Assembly: GCA_965218095.1 (NCBI GenBank)
Contig: OZ244587.1
Span: 608,001 to 672,000, forward strand
Direction of reading: 5' to 3'
Length of the DNA stretch: 64,000 nt
From: Candidatus Poribacteria bacterium
GTDB taxonomy: Bacteria; Poribacteria; WGA-4E; PCPOR2b
Positions 48,224-57,911 of this stretch are shown piece by piece; the stretch's first letter is position 1; every line of letters starts with the position of its first letter. The position numbers and the translations under genes were made by a program. The notes below the pieces were generated by a model. That model was not told where the DNA came from, made no database searches, and saw only the letters and a program-made list of their open reading frames with translations.

Positions 48224-48868
48224 ATGAAACCAATTGACCCCAATCGTGGCATTATCGTCGGTGTCACAGGTGGGATCGCCTGTGGTAAATCAACCGTATC
48301 GGAACTTCTCGCAGAAAAAGGCACAATTCCAATTAACTCGGATGAGATCGGGCATCAGTTACTCAGGTGTGGAAGCCCCGTCATGGGTGAACTGATCGAG
48401 GTTTTTGGATCTGGGGTACTCGACGAATCCGGTGATGTCAGCCGACAAAAGCTCGGTGCGATTGTCTTCAACGACAAGTCTGCCCGCGAGTGTTTAAACG
48501 CGATTATGCATCCGCGAATCGTTGAGCAATCCCGTACAGAAGCGAGAAGGCTTGTCTCCGAAGAGCCAAATTGCGTTGTCTTGATCGATGCACCGCTGCT
48601 CATTGAAGCGGGCTCACAAAATACAGTGGATGTCATCGTTGTGGTCACGGCTTTGTCGGAGATCCAGCTTCAACGTCTGTTAGAACGAAATGTCGCGCAA
48701 AACCGCCCTCTTAGCCGGGCAGAAGCACAGGCACGGATCGATTCCCAAATGCCGTTATCCGAAAAGATTAAATATGCCGATTTCGTCATTGCAAATGACG
48801 GTACGATCGAAGAATTGAAGCAAAAGGTTGATCGGCTTTGGCATGATCTCCGTGGCCTGATGAAATGA
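48224..48868 (+). CDS. coaE: Dephospho-CoA kinase
   Basis: GVTGGIACGKST, LNAIMHPRI, DAPLLIE, RIDSQMP, ADFVIANDG. Confidence 0.92.
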   Translation: MKPIDPNRGIIVGVTGGIACGKSTVSELLAEKGTIPINSDEIGHQLLRCGSPVMGELIEVFGSGVLDESGDVSRQKLGAIVFNDKSARECLNAIMHPRIVEQSRTEARRLVSEEPNCVVLIDAPLLIEAGSQNTVDVIVVVTALSEIQLQRLLERNVAQNRPLSRAEAQARIDSQMPLSEKIKYADFVIANDGTIEELKQKVDRLWHDLRGLMK

Positions 48869-48909
48869 TGTGTGATACATATCAACGAGGGAACGGAAAG
48901 GAGACAGGC

Positions 48910-49035
48910 ATGAGCAACTTGCTTCTGGAAGATATTGAATACAAGATAGAGAAAACTTCCTTAGGGAAGTGGCGTCAGTATCTTTACCCGAATGGCCAGG
49001 ATTTCGGAGAATTCACGTCCACAAAGACACTCTGC
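48910..49035 (+). pseudogene. 5' fragment of a hypothetical gene
   Basis: GGAG RBS + MSNLLLEDIEYKIEKTSLGKWRQYLYPNGQDFGEFTS, then an apparent junction. Confidence 0.35.
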
Positions 49036-49122
49036 GGTGGTTCGCGAATATCTCAAAGACTGTCATCCGGGCGGCGTCCCGCTGGCGGTCGTTGAAGAGA
49101 ACATCTACAAATCGTATTACTA

Positions 49123-49942
49123 GGTTCTGTTGACATTTCAAGGGAGCCATATAAGAGTGGCGACAAAGCTGAGAAATCCAAAATAACGGACAGCTAGCTT
49201 CTCAAACCGAGAGAAGATACGACGATACCATTTTATCTTGTTGATGAAACATTCAACCTGATGTCTCTCTTTGTATAAGCGTTTGTCATACGTTCTTTGG
49301 TCAACACGATGACTTTTTGGCGGTATCACCGCAATCGCTCCATTCGCCTCAATAACCGCGATAAAAGCGTCCGAATCGTACCCCTTGTCTCCAATCACAT
49401 ATTCACTGTTATATCCGATTATCAACCCTTCCGCCTCAGTTATGTCATGTCTCTGACCGGGTGTCAGATGAATTCTTAGGGGATTGCCTAGTCCGTCAAC
49501 TGTGATGTGATTTTTTGTACTGAAACCGCCCCGAGAGCGACCTGATGCTTGGTTTTCAGTGCCACTGTTTTTTTTAAGGCGCCCGCCGCAGACGGGTGAG
49601 CGCGGCAGATGGTACTGTCCACAATAAGCGACTCGATATCGGGGTCAGAGGCGAAGTGGTGGTGCATCTGTGTGAAGATACCTTTGTCGCACCATCAAGC
49701 AAACCGCTTGTAGCGGGTGTTCGATTTGCCATAGGTGTCTGGTAGAAGTCTCCATTGAGCCCCGCTACGAGTCACCCACAGGACGGCTTCGACGAAGCGG
49801 CGTGTAGCAGCTTCGTCGCCAACATAGATGGTGGGGCAGCTAAGAAGAAACCGGTATATCTTATTCCATTGGTCATCAGGTAAGGTTATTGGCGTCATTC
49901 TTCTATTATGCCACAACCTTATACTCAAATGTCAACAGAACC
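49123..49942 (-). mobile_element. IS5-family insertion sequence (820 bp) with an inactivated two-frame transposase
   Basis: Perfect 16-bp TIRs GGTTCTGTTGACATTT; TA duplicated at a CTAG site; RSGAQWRLLP, GRSRGGFSTK, GDKGYDSD, ERHQVECFINKIK; A8 slip site at 49568-49575; in-frame TGA at 49695-49697. Confidence 0.9.
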
Positions 49943-50159
49943 TAGTGGCACGTACCGATTCGTCCAAACTTTGAACTGCCGAGCTGGATTGAGTATTACG
50001 AACGAGCTTGCCATTGTGGCAACCGAACTTTTGGAGCACGAGGGTTTGAATGTCCACCTCGTTCCCGAGGATCCGGCGTAGAAACAGCACATGCTCATGA
50101 AAGCCGAAGTGTTTCAAAGTGAGTGCGTCGCCGGCGAATCAAAAATGGGTGCCAACTTC

Positions 50160-51566
50160 CTAACTTCCTTCTGCTTCACCAACCCCGCCTCCCTGAATGA
50201 TGGGGCAGAGATCACAGAGTTGGCTGCTGCAGAAGTTCCTGTGGAGGTAGATCGCGCCCTGTTGTTTTTTGGCAGAAGGAGAGATGAGTTTGATGGGTTG
50301 TCCTTCGCTGAAGATTTGCGCCTCAATTTGTTGGGTGATATGATTTTCTTGCAGTTTCGGATAGCTATCGCACAGTCGCTGTACAGCTTCCGCCAGCCTA
50401 GGACTCTGGGAATGTTCAGCCCACACCAGTGCAATTGGCGCCAAGATATTGATGATAATGTCGGAGGCGCGAGCCTCCCCAATAAGTGCAGTGCCGTGTT
50501 GCGGGATGCCTCTTCCGAAATGGGAATGCTCTTCCCAGTAACCGGATGGAGTAGGCATCAACCTGTCCAGTAACTGACGCCGAATTCTCGTTAAACCCCT
50601 CCGATTCGCCGTTGCGGCTTCCTCAATGAGGGGAAGGAAATCCATCATCAGGGTGTCCTGGCAGCGACTGATGAGTTGACTGATAGCGGCGATACGACGG
50701 GTTGGATAATTTGCTGGGCGTATCCCAGCAAAATGCCACTGTTCCGCCGTCATGCGGGTGGGATTTTTGTACTGTTCAGCAGATACCCAGATGGGATCCA
50801 GATGCTCAATGAACGCCCTGTCTGCTTCGTCCCATTCGACCCCCTGCTGCGATTGTGAAGGCAGCAGCCCTGCCACACCAAACAGGATTGCTTGAATCTC
50901 CTCATCGGGTTTGCCAAGAAGTTGCGAAAGGGGGGCACGCTGGGCTAACTCCCGAAAGGCCTTGCGGTTCTTTGCGTAGCCCAATGCCTCCATGATACCT
51001 TCGTAGAGAAGCTGTTCAAAATCAACGCGAACCAGCAGGTTTCTCATCGCATCGACTTTCTCCAGCAACCGTTCCTGCCCAAGCTCATCGAAAACTGACT
51101 GGACGGGTTCAATCTTGAGTGTTTTTCCCGTCACACGGCAGTAATCAGTAGATGTCGCCTTCGTTACCTCTCTTTCGTCGAACAGATCCCCAATCGGCGT
51201 ATCGAGTCGGTCCAAGATCTCCAGCGTTGGAATCCGCTTTCCATTCTGGAGGCGCGTCCGCAGGTTAATGTCGTCGTTCCAGAAGACAACATGTAAAATG
51301 ACACGATTGTACCTCGGATCGAGATGGTGCTTGTGGTCATACCATCCTGACGATCTAATGTGAATCTCCACATCGCCGGCGTTCAGCACTCCATCGATCA
51401 GGAGCTCAGCGTGCACAAAGTCTGGCCCTTCGTCGCTATTCCAGAAGCCCGGCTTCAGTACCTGAATGGGACGTCCATCCGTCGATTTGAGGTCAAAGTC
51501 GAAGAACCGTTGATCGTTCCAGATGGTCTGGACAAAATGTTCATCAATATTCTTGAGGTCAGCCAT
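50160..51566 (-). CDS. DUF2851 family protein
   Basis: PGFWNSDEGPDF, GDVEIH, HHLDPRYNRVILHVV, RPANYPTRRIA, C-terminal CxxxxCxxC. Confidence 0.85.
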   Translation of the reverse strand: MADLKNIDEHFVQTIWNDQRFFDFDLKSTDGRPIQVLKPGFWNSDEGPDFVHAELLIDGVLNAGDVEIHIRSSGWYDHKHHLDPRYNRVILHVVFWNDDINLRTRLQNGKRIPTLEILDRLDTPIGDLFDEREVTKATSTDYCRVTGKTLKIEPVQSVFDELGQERLLEKVDAMRNLLVRVDFEQLLYEGIMEALGYAKNRKAFRELAQRAPLSQLLGKPDEEIQAILFGVAGLLPSQSQQGVEWDEADRAFIEHLDPIWVSAEQYKNPTRMTAEQWHFAGIRPANYPTRRIAAISQLISRCQDTLMMDFLPLIEEAATANRRGLTRIRRQLLDRLMPTPSGYWEEHSHFGRGIPQHGTALIGEARASDIIINILAPIALVWAEHSQSPRLAEAVQRLCDSYPKLQENHITQQIEAQIFSEGQPIKLISPSAKKQQGAIYLHRNFCSSQLCDLCPIIQGGGVGEAEGS

Positions 51567-51611
51567 ACGTCACCTGAAGCTACACAGGAGGTTGAGAGGC
51601 AATCAGCCGAT

Positions 51612-52640
51612 TCAATCGCGTAAGTCCGGATGGGTATACCCGATAATCAATCCCCACTCACCAACAGCCCAACAGTGCGCTTTATCTGCATAAATGGCGT
51701 ATATCGGTGTCGAATGACCGGTTTCTTGCCGCACCCACGTTTGCCCACCGTCAGTGGTGTGCAGGATGGTGCCGAAAGCACCTACAGTCCAGCCGGTCTG
51801 CTTATCAATGAAGACAACATCGTGTAAGTCATCGTAATACTCGGTCTCCTGCTGCGTCCATGTTGCTCCACCATCTTGGGTGTGGAGGATCATGCCTTCT
51901 TGCCCGACGATCCACCCTGTGTTCGGATCGACAAAATGGATGCCCTTCAGATTGTAGTCAACGTCAGAGTTCTGAATTTTCCACGTTTCACCGCCATCTG
52001 CCGTATGCTTAATTGTTCCAAAAAATCCGACAATCCAGCCGTGTGTAGGCGAGGCAAAGAAGATCTTTTCCAGATTCTGGCGTGTGTAACCAACTGCTAC
52101 ACGTCTTCCTGTACCAATCCAATTTTCACCGCCATCCGTTGTTTTGATGAAGGTGCTGTTTTCACCAACCGTAAACCCGATCTGTTCACTAATCATCCAC
52201 GTATCTGTCAAGCGGCGTCGGAGGGGAACTGGTTGCCCATCCCGCAAGCGGCTTTCATTGAGTGCGGTTTTGCGCTCCCATGTTTTACCTGCATCTTCTG
52301 TTTTAAAGATGGTGCCCCTCACGCCTGTGATAAAACCAACATTTTCATCATAGAAATAGATGTTCCAGAGATTGATGGGACGTTCCATCTCAATCTCTTT
52401 CTTGGTCCATGTTTTTCCGCTATCGGCTGTATGTAGAATCAATGCTTCAGAACCGACTGTCCAACCGTGTTGAGCATCAATAAAATGTACATCCTGAAGA
52501 TGACTTTCTACACCGTCGTTACGTTCGAAATCATCATTCCGTAGAACTATCCATTGACCAGCTCCGTGAGTGTTGGGGTGTATTAACAGCCAAGCGATCG
52601 ATAAAATCAGGATACGGATCAAAATTCTTGTTGATTGCAT
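51612..52640 (-). CDS. YCF48-related BNR-repeat beta-propeller, secreted
   Basis: Repeated GWxVG..G.ILHTxDGGxTW; signal peptide. Confidence 0.85.
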   Translation of the reverse strand: MQSTRILIRILILSIAWLLIHPNTHGAGQWIVLRNDDFERNDGVESHLQDVHFIDAQHGWTVGSEALILHTADSGKTWTKKEIEMERPINLWNIYFYDENVGFITGVRGTIFKTEDAGKTWERKTALNESRLRDGQPVPLRRRLTDTWMISEQIGFTVGENSTFIKTTDGGENWIGTGRRVAVGYTRQNLEKIFFASPTHGWIVGFFGTIKHTADGGETWKIQNSDVDYNLKGIHFVDPNTGWIVGQEGMILHTQDGGATWTQQETEYYDDLHDVVFIDKQTGWTVGAFGTILHTTDGGQTWVRQETGHSTPIYAIYADKAHCWAVGEWGLIIGYTHPDLRD

Positions 52641-52947
52641 TGCACTCTCCTTGTTATAATCGTTTGACTTCAATGCATTCATCGGTGTTACCACGATGTC
52701 GATAGGTAACTTTTATCTATTCTCACCGATTTTAGTGAACCCATTTTACAGTTTTTTTCGATCTACGTCAACAAAAATCTTGATTTCTCAGTCAAACAGT
52801 TATCGAACCTTGAATGTTCTGAACTTTATTGAACTGCGTCGAGCATAAAGCACAACAATAGACGTGTGATTCGTTAATTTTTTAGACGAAAATTGCAACT
52901 TCATTTATCGGTGGGTGTGTGTTTAGGCGAGTACCTCCGGAGGGCTG

Positions 52948-53556
52948 ATGATGCCAGACCTGGACGATGAATTGATGAAACAATGTCAACAAGGGAATAT
53001 GGAGGCGTTTGATCTGATCGTGCGCCGGAATCGCGCCTCTTTGGTGAGCTTCATCGCCCGGTTATTAGGCAATCAGGACGCTGCTGAAGACTTGGCACAG
53101 GAGACATTTGTTCGTATGTTCAAAGCAATCAAGCGATACAGATCCGGTGCAGCAAAATTCAGCACTTGGATGTATCACATTGCCTCCAATCTTTGCAAAA
53201 ATGAACGACGAAACCGGGGACGACGCGGTCGGTTCTTCGTCGATAGTGTTAACACTGAAGAGCGCTTCGGTCAAGATCAAGGCAGCGAAGATTTGATTGC
53301 AACGGCCCCCGCGCATGTCTCCCTACAACCTGAAAACCAACTTGAACAGAAAGAGCGGGAACACACCGTGCAAAGTGCGATTTCGAAACTCCCTGAGCGA
53401 TACAGGCTGCCACTGATTCTTCGTGATCTACAAGACTTGAGTTATGAAGAAATCAGCGATAGTTTGAACCTTCCGCTCGGAACGACAAAGTCGCGCATTA
53501 ACCGAGCACGGCTCATGCTAAAAGATAAATTGAAGAGTTTTATGGAGTTATCATGA
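52948..53556 (+). CDS. ECF RNA polymerase sigma factor (RpoE/SigW-like)
   Basis: AEDLAQETF, FSTWMYHIASN, LSYEEIS..LNLPLGTTKSRINRAR. Confidence 0.92.
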   Translation: MMPDLDDELMKQCQQGNMEAFDLIVRRNRASLVSFIARLLGNQDAAEDLAQETFVRMFKAIKRYRSGAAKFSTWMYHIASNLCKNERRNRGRRGRFFVDSVNTEERFGQDQGSEDLIATAPAHVSLQPENQLEQKEREHTVQSAISKLPERYRLPLILRDLQDLSYEEISDSLNLPLGTTKSRINRARLMLKDKLKSFMELS

Positions 53557-54179
53557 ACTGCTTAAAAGCTGAAGAACAGTTCTCTGCATATCTTGAAGAC
53601 GAATTAAACTACCAAACAGTAAAGGCGTTTGAGACGCATCTCGCAGACTGCGAGCAATGTCACCGTGAGTTTACGCTATTTAGCGAATCATTAGATCTGC
53701 TGCATCAGTTACCACAGATCGAACCATCGGCGGAATTCGATATCGACTTGCGAAGCCGTCTTGCAAATACCCAGGTTGAGTTAATTTCCTTCTGGCATCG
53801 TGTGTTGAATTCCTTACGTGCTCAACCGGCTTGGGCATTGAGTGGAGTTGTAACCCTGCTTGTGATGTTCGCAGGTATTTATCTTTATCAGAATATATTT
53901 GTCAAATCGCCTCCGTTTGAAGTCGCTATTGAGCCAAATACTCCATCAACTCGCATACGTCATGTACCACTCGCGGAGGTTCGCAGCAATGAACTGTGGC
54001 AGGGTGAATTGCCTTTAGCGGTCCCTAACCTGGATCTGCAATCTCTGGTCAAGTTCCCAGAATTCCCGGCGTTTGACGCACAGCCGATGCGTAGAAGACA
54101 GGAACCGCGGCGGATGGAACAGAACTATATTTTGCAAACGATTAACTACACAGAAGCCCCTACAGGCGGAGGCTTGTAA
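53553..54179 (+). CDS. Zinc-finger (zf-HC2) transmembrane anti-sigma factor
   Basis: HLADCEQC motif, one TM; start overlaps the sigma stop. Confidence 0.85.
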   Translation: MNCLKAEEQFSAYLEDELNYQTVKAFETHLADCEQCHREFTLFSESLDLLHQLPQIEPSAEFDIDLRSRLANTQVELISFWHRVLNSLRAQPAWALSGVVTLLVMFAGIYLYQNIFVKSPPFEVAIEPNTPSTRIRHVPLAEVRSNELWQGELPLAVPNLDLQSLVKFPEFPAFDAQPMRRRQEPRRMEQNYILQTINYTEAPTGGGL

Positions 54180-54180
54180 G

Positions 54181-55371
54181 ATGCACAAAGAGACCTGGAT
54201 ACAAAATAAAGCATGCAAGGTGACCGTCAACAGTTCATTAATTCCAGCTTACCACATGTTGGCTGCTCTCGCTATTACACTGTTTTTGGCTTGCCTTTCC
54301 CCGCCGGTACTTGCAGAAGAAAGTGTACTTCAATTGATGGAGCGTGAGTTTCAAGCTATCGTCAAATCCGTGCAGCCGTTGGTCGTTGAGGTCGTCGCGA
54401 CATGTACAGTCACTACTCAAAAGATCACGAGGAGCAAAAGAGAATTGCTCGTTGACGATTTGACGAGCGTCCAATGTTACCAGAACATCGGATCCGGCAT
54501 TATCATTGATTCAGCCGGACACATCGTTACTACCGCTGCTGTTGTTGAAAACGCGGATGGGATTGAAGTGGTATTTGCAGATGGACAGCGCACACCGGCG
54601 ACGCTTCTCGGCATTGATACCTTGACGGACATTGCTGCACTTTCTGTCGAGAGCAATAGTATCCCACCGACAAAAATCGGAGATTCGGATCAGATTGATA
54701 CGGGATCCTGGGTGATCACGGTTGGTAGCTCTTACGGACACTCGCCAACGCTCTCTTTTGGGACTGTGAGTGGCTTAGAGATTTTACCAAATCGTCCATT
54801 TTACGATGCAATCAAGATCAACGCACCTGTGAATCCGGGCAATAGTGGGGGCGCGGTTGTCAATACGTCAGGAGAAATCGTCGGTGTCATCGCGGCAACT
54901 TTGGCTGAACCCTATTTCAAACAGATATCCCATCTGCTCGATCTGGCGCTTCCAGAATTTTCACGAGGGCAAGGCTCTATTCTGCACTCCGCAGCGCCGC
55001 AAGGACAAATCTGGATGAGAGGCGAAGTCAGCTTTGCCATCCCGATTAAGACGGTAAAACAGATTGCGGATCAATTAACTCGACATGGCAAAGTGCCTCG
55101 GGGTTGGCTTGGTGTTCGACTTGAACAAGAAAATGAGCGAACCACCGCTGCTGGTGTGCGTGTGACGGAAGTTTTAGAAGATACTTCCGCCCAGAGGGCT
55201 GGCATCAAACCCCAAGACGTTATCGTGGAATTTAACGGTAAGCCTATTCGTACATTTCTTGAACTCAAGAAGCTGGTTGCCAATTCCATTCCTGAGACCC
55301 ATGTCACGATTAAAATTCGGCGAGATGGACAACTTCTTCAACGAGATGTCGTGCTTGGCGAATGGGAGTAA
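54181..55371 (+). CDS. HtrA/DegP-like trypsin domain + PDZ protein lacking the catalytic His
   Basis: GSGIII, TDIAAL, VNPGNSGG, RGWLGV PDZ; VTTAAVV where TNxHVV is expected. Confidence 0.85.
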   Translation: MHKETWIQNKACKVTVNSSLIPAYHMLAALAITLFLACLSPPVLAEESVLQLMEREFQAIVKSVQPLVVEVVATCTVTTQKITRSKRELLVDDLTSVQCYQNIGSGIIIDSAGHIVTTAAVVENADGIEVVFADGQRTPATLLGIDTLTDIAALSVESNSIPPTKIGDSDQIDTGSWVITVGSSYGHSPTLSFGTVSGLEILPNRPFYDAIKINAPVNPGNSGGAVVNTSGEIVGVIAATLAEPYFKQISHLLDLALPEFSRGQGSILHSAAPQGQIWMRGEVSFAIPIKTVKQIADQLTRHGKVPRGWLGVRLEQENERTTAAGVRVTEVLEDTSAQRAGIKPQDVIVEFNGKPIRTFLELKKLVANSIPETHVTIKIRRDGQLLQRDVVLGEWE

Positions 55372-55487
55372 CCGCACTTTTTTCATCTACCCCTCGTGCT
55401 ATGCCCTCCCCTCACTTCCTTAAATCCTTTCGGCTGTTAATTCTCTACCCCTCCCCATTTCTTCATCAGCCGGGTTAAGAATTTCCT

Positions 55488-55516
55488 TTGACAACCCCTC
55501 AACAATCTGTTACAAT
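55488..55516 (+). promoter_or_regulatory. Sigma70 promoter upstream of the riboswitch
   Basis: TTGACA-17 bp-TACAAT. Confidence 0.75.
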
Positions 55517-55567
55517 TAGCAACGTATCAAACGAAGCGGAAGAAGCATCCAAAACTGAATACTTGTC

Positions 55568-55745
55568 GATTCAGGCGCCGGCAATCAATAGCGATTGTTG
55601 GAGAATAGGGAAGCGCGGTGAAAACCCGCCATGGCCCCGCCACTGTGAACGACGAAAAATCGTGTCCACAAAGCCACTGTCCCCGATAAATCGGGATGGG
55701 AAGGCGGACAACGAGTTGTCGTGAGTCAGGAGACCTGCCTGAATC
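55568..55745 (+). ncRNA. Cobalamin (AdoCbl-type) riboswitch
   Basis: AATAGGGAA, GGTGAAAACCC, GCCCCGCCACTGT, GCCACTG, GGGAAGG, B12 box AGTCAGGAGACCTGCC; P1 gattcaggc/gcctgaatc. Confidence 0.92.
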
Positions 55746-55823
55746 TGGTTTCGCATGGTAGCTTTCGCGGGAAGGCTGTGGAACGGCGCTCGTTTACCGA
55801 AACGTCGCGGCGGTATGAATAAC

Positions 55824-55862
55824 GCCCCAGTTTTCTATGTGAAAGCTGGGGTTTTTTGTTTT
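55824..55862 (+). terminator. Intrinsic terminator (riboswitch expression platform)
   Basis: gccccagttttc-tatgt-gaaagctggggt followed by a T run. Confidence 0.75.
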
Positions 55863-56147
55863 GTGTGTCTGAAAACTCAAATTTTTTGTACGGGATGGGA
55901 AGCGCAAGTAATTTTCAAAAAGAGAGTAATAGACTTAATGGTTCGTGGTGAGGTCTCTAGCGTAGCGAGATCGCGTATAGCGGGACGATTCATCTGCCTG
56001 TGCCGAAGGCAGACAGGTCGCCGTCCCAAACGCGCAATTGCCCCTGATCCATCGGGGGCAATTGCGCGACTACAAACAGAATGTAAAGTTTAATCCTGAA
56101 AATTACTTACAACTCATCACACCATCAACAAAAGGGAGGTCAGGTTA

Positions 56148-57860
56148 ATGAATATACGCAAAACCACATTCATATTTGTCGCTGCAATTTTGATACTTAT
56201 CACATTCACTGTTTTAGCCCAGGAGGGCGTTCAAAATCTTGCGGTTGTCGTCAACGTCTTAGAGAACCCAGATCTTGGAATTTCCACATCCCTCTCCATT
56301 ATTGATCTGGATGAACCCGACATTGAGAAGGCCGTCGAGAATGAAATCATTCCGCTCGGATCAGTGCCAAGCGACATTCAGATTCGAGGAGATCGCGGGT
56401 ATGTTGTCAACACGTTCAGCAACAACGTGCAGATCATCGATCTGAGGAATAGAGTCAGCCTTGGGGAGATTCCGATCGGCGATGACACGCAGCCGCAGCA
56501 GATCGCCTTTATCGATTCATCCAAAGCGTATGTCACGTGTAATGGTACCAATGAAATCGGAGTTGTGGACCTGGAGGAACAAAGGGTAATCAGTATCATC
56601 GCCGGTGGACTGAAGCCTACAGGGATAACAGTTCTCAACGGAAAGGCTTACGTGACGAACTCAGCATTTGTCGTTGATCTAATCTCTTTTGAAGTCACAT
56701 ATCAGGATAGCAGCGTCACGGTGATTGATACGCAGACGGATGCCGTCTTGAAGACAATCCCTGTGCCAACAAACGCGACAGGCATCACAAACGACGGCGA
56801 GTCTAAAGTCCTTGTGCTGTCGGCAGGTGACTTCAAGCTCATTCAAGGCGAACTCGTGATTATTGATGCAAATACCGATGTAGTTGAAAAGACCGTCGAG
56901 CTCAAAACAACGCCGGGGTTTTCACTTGTCATTAATGGTGCGAAACGCATTTTTTTTATGAAGGGTGGTTTTTTCCCAAGCGAAGGATTGCTCGTTTACG
57001 ATCTGACGACCGGCAAGTGGATTCATGATCGAAACGATGCGCTTGCAGATTTCGCTGGCGGGTCAGGATTAGCGGTCGATCAGAACAATAACGTGTATGT
57101 TGCGATTCCAGATTGGACGGGTGGAAGGCTGGATGAGTTGCGTGTGATGGGGCCCGATGAAACCCTGATAAAAACCTATCGTGTTGGACCGGGGGCATCT
57201 ATTGTCGCGATTGCGCGGATTTATCCAATCGAGATTGTCCGAACTGATGTGAACCAGGACGGCGGTGTCGATATCTTCGATCTTGTTCTTGTTGGCAGTA
57301 ACTTCACTAAAACAGGTGTGGGAATCCAGGGCGATGTCAATGAAGATGGGATTGTCGATCTTTTTGATCTTGTCCGCGTTGCTAAGTATCTCGGAAAAAA
57401 TGTATCCGCCGCACCGGCTGCAAGTCTGCCACGCAGTGTAATGCCTGACGACAAACCCATCCGACGTGCCATCGCTGCGCTAGAATCGTTTCCCGATCAA
57501 TCTCCCATCATTCGCTTGATTACAAATCTCCTGCGTGCGTATGTCACAAACGTTACGCCGACCGTGACGGAGACTGAGTTGTTTGCAAACTACCCAAATC
57601 CATTCAACCCGGAGACATGGATTCCTTTCCAACTCTCCGATGGGAATCAGATCGTCATTCGGATTTATGATCAGTCTGGCCAATTGGTTCGCACGCTCGA
57701 TCTCGGATACCGACGGGCCGGACAGTATCTTACTCGATCGGAGGCGGCTTTTTGGAATGGAAGAAATGAGACCGGTGAGCGTGTGACAAGCGGCGTTTAC
57801 TTCTACCAATTGCTCGCTGACCGCTTTACCACCACGCGCAAGATGGTGATTCTCAAATAG
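56148..57860 (+). CDS. Secreted YncE/BtuG-like beta-propeller + dockerin-like motif + shared C-terminal domain; candidate cobalamin-binding protein
   Basis: GGGAGG RBS; signal peptide; GYVVN/KAYVTC/KAYVTN, VTVIDT blades; DVNQDG/DVNEDG; NYPNPFNPETWIP...RKMVILK; first gene after the riboswitch. Confidence 0.8.
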   Translation: MNIRKTTFIFVAAILILITFTVLAQEGVQNLAVVVNVLENPDLGISTSLSIIDLDEPDIEKAVENEIIPLGSVPSDIQIRGDRGYVVNTFSNNVQIIDLRNRVSLGEIPIGDDTQPQQIAFIDSSKAYVTCNGTNEIGVVDLEEQRVISIIAGGLKPTGITVLNGKAYVTNSAFVVDLISFEVTYQDSSVTVIDTQTDAVLKTIPVPTNATGITNDGESKVLVLSAGDFKLIQGELVIIDANTDVVEKTVELKTTPGFSLVINGAKRIFFMKGGFFPSEGLLVYDLTTGKWIHDRNDALADFAGGSGLAVDQNNNVYVAIPDWTGGRLDELRVMGPDETLIKTYRVGPGASIVAIARIYPIEIVRTDVNQDGGVDIFDLVLVGSNFTKTGVGIQGDVNEDGIVDLFDLVRVAKYLGKNVSAAPAASLPRSVMPDDKPIRRAIAALESFPDQSPIIRLITNLLRAYVTNVTPTVTETELFANYPNPFNPETWIPFQLSDGNQIVIRIYDQSGQLVRTLDLGYRRAGQYLTRSEAAFWNGRNETGERVTSGVYFYQLLADRFTTTRKMVILK

Positions 57861-57911
57861 TATCAAATGACCAGATGATGGTAATTCACGTCAGCTATAA
57901 ATTGAGGTTTC

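Noticed and set aside
55488-56093. ORFs 55488-55724, 55571-55756 and 55755-56093
   Set aside because: They overlap the promoter, riboswitch, terminator and REP cluster, and have no protein features.
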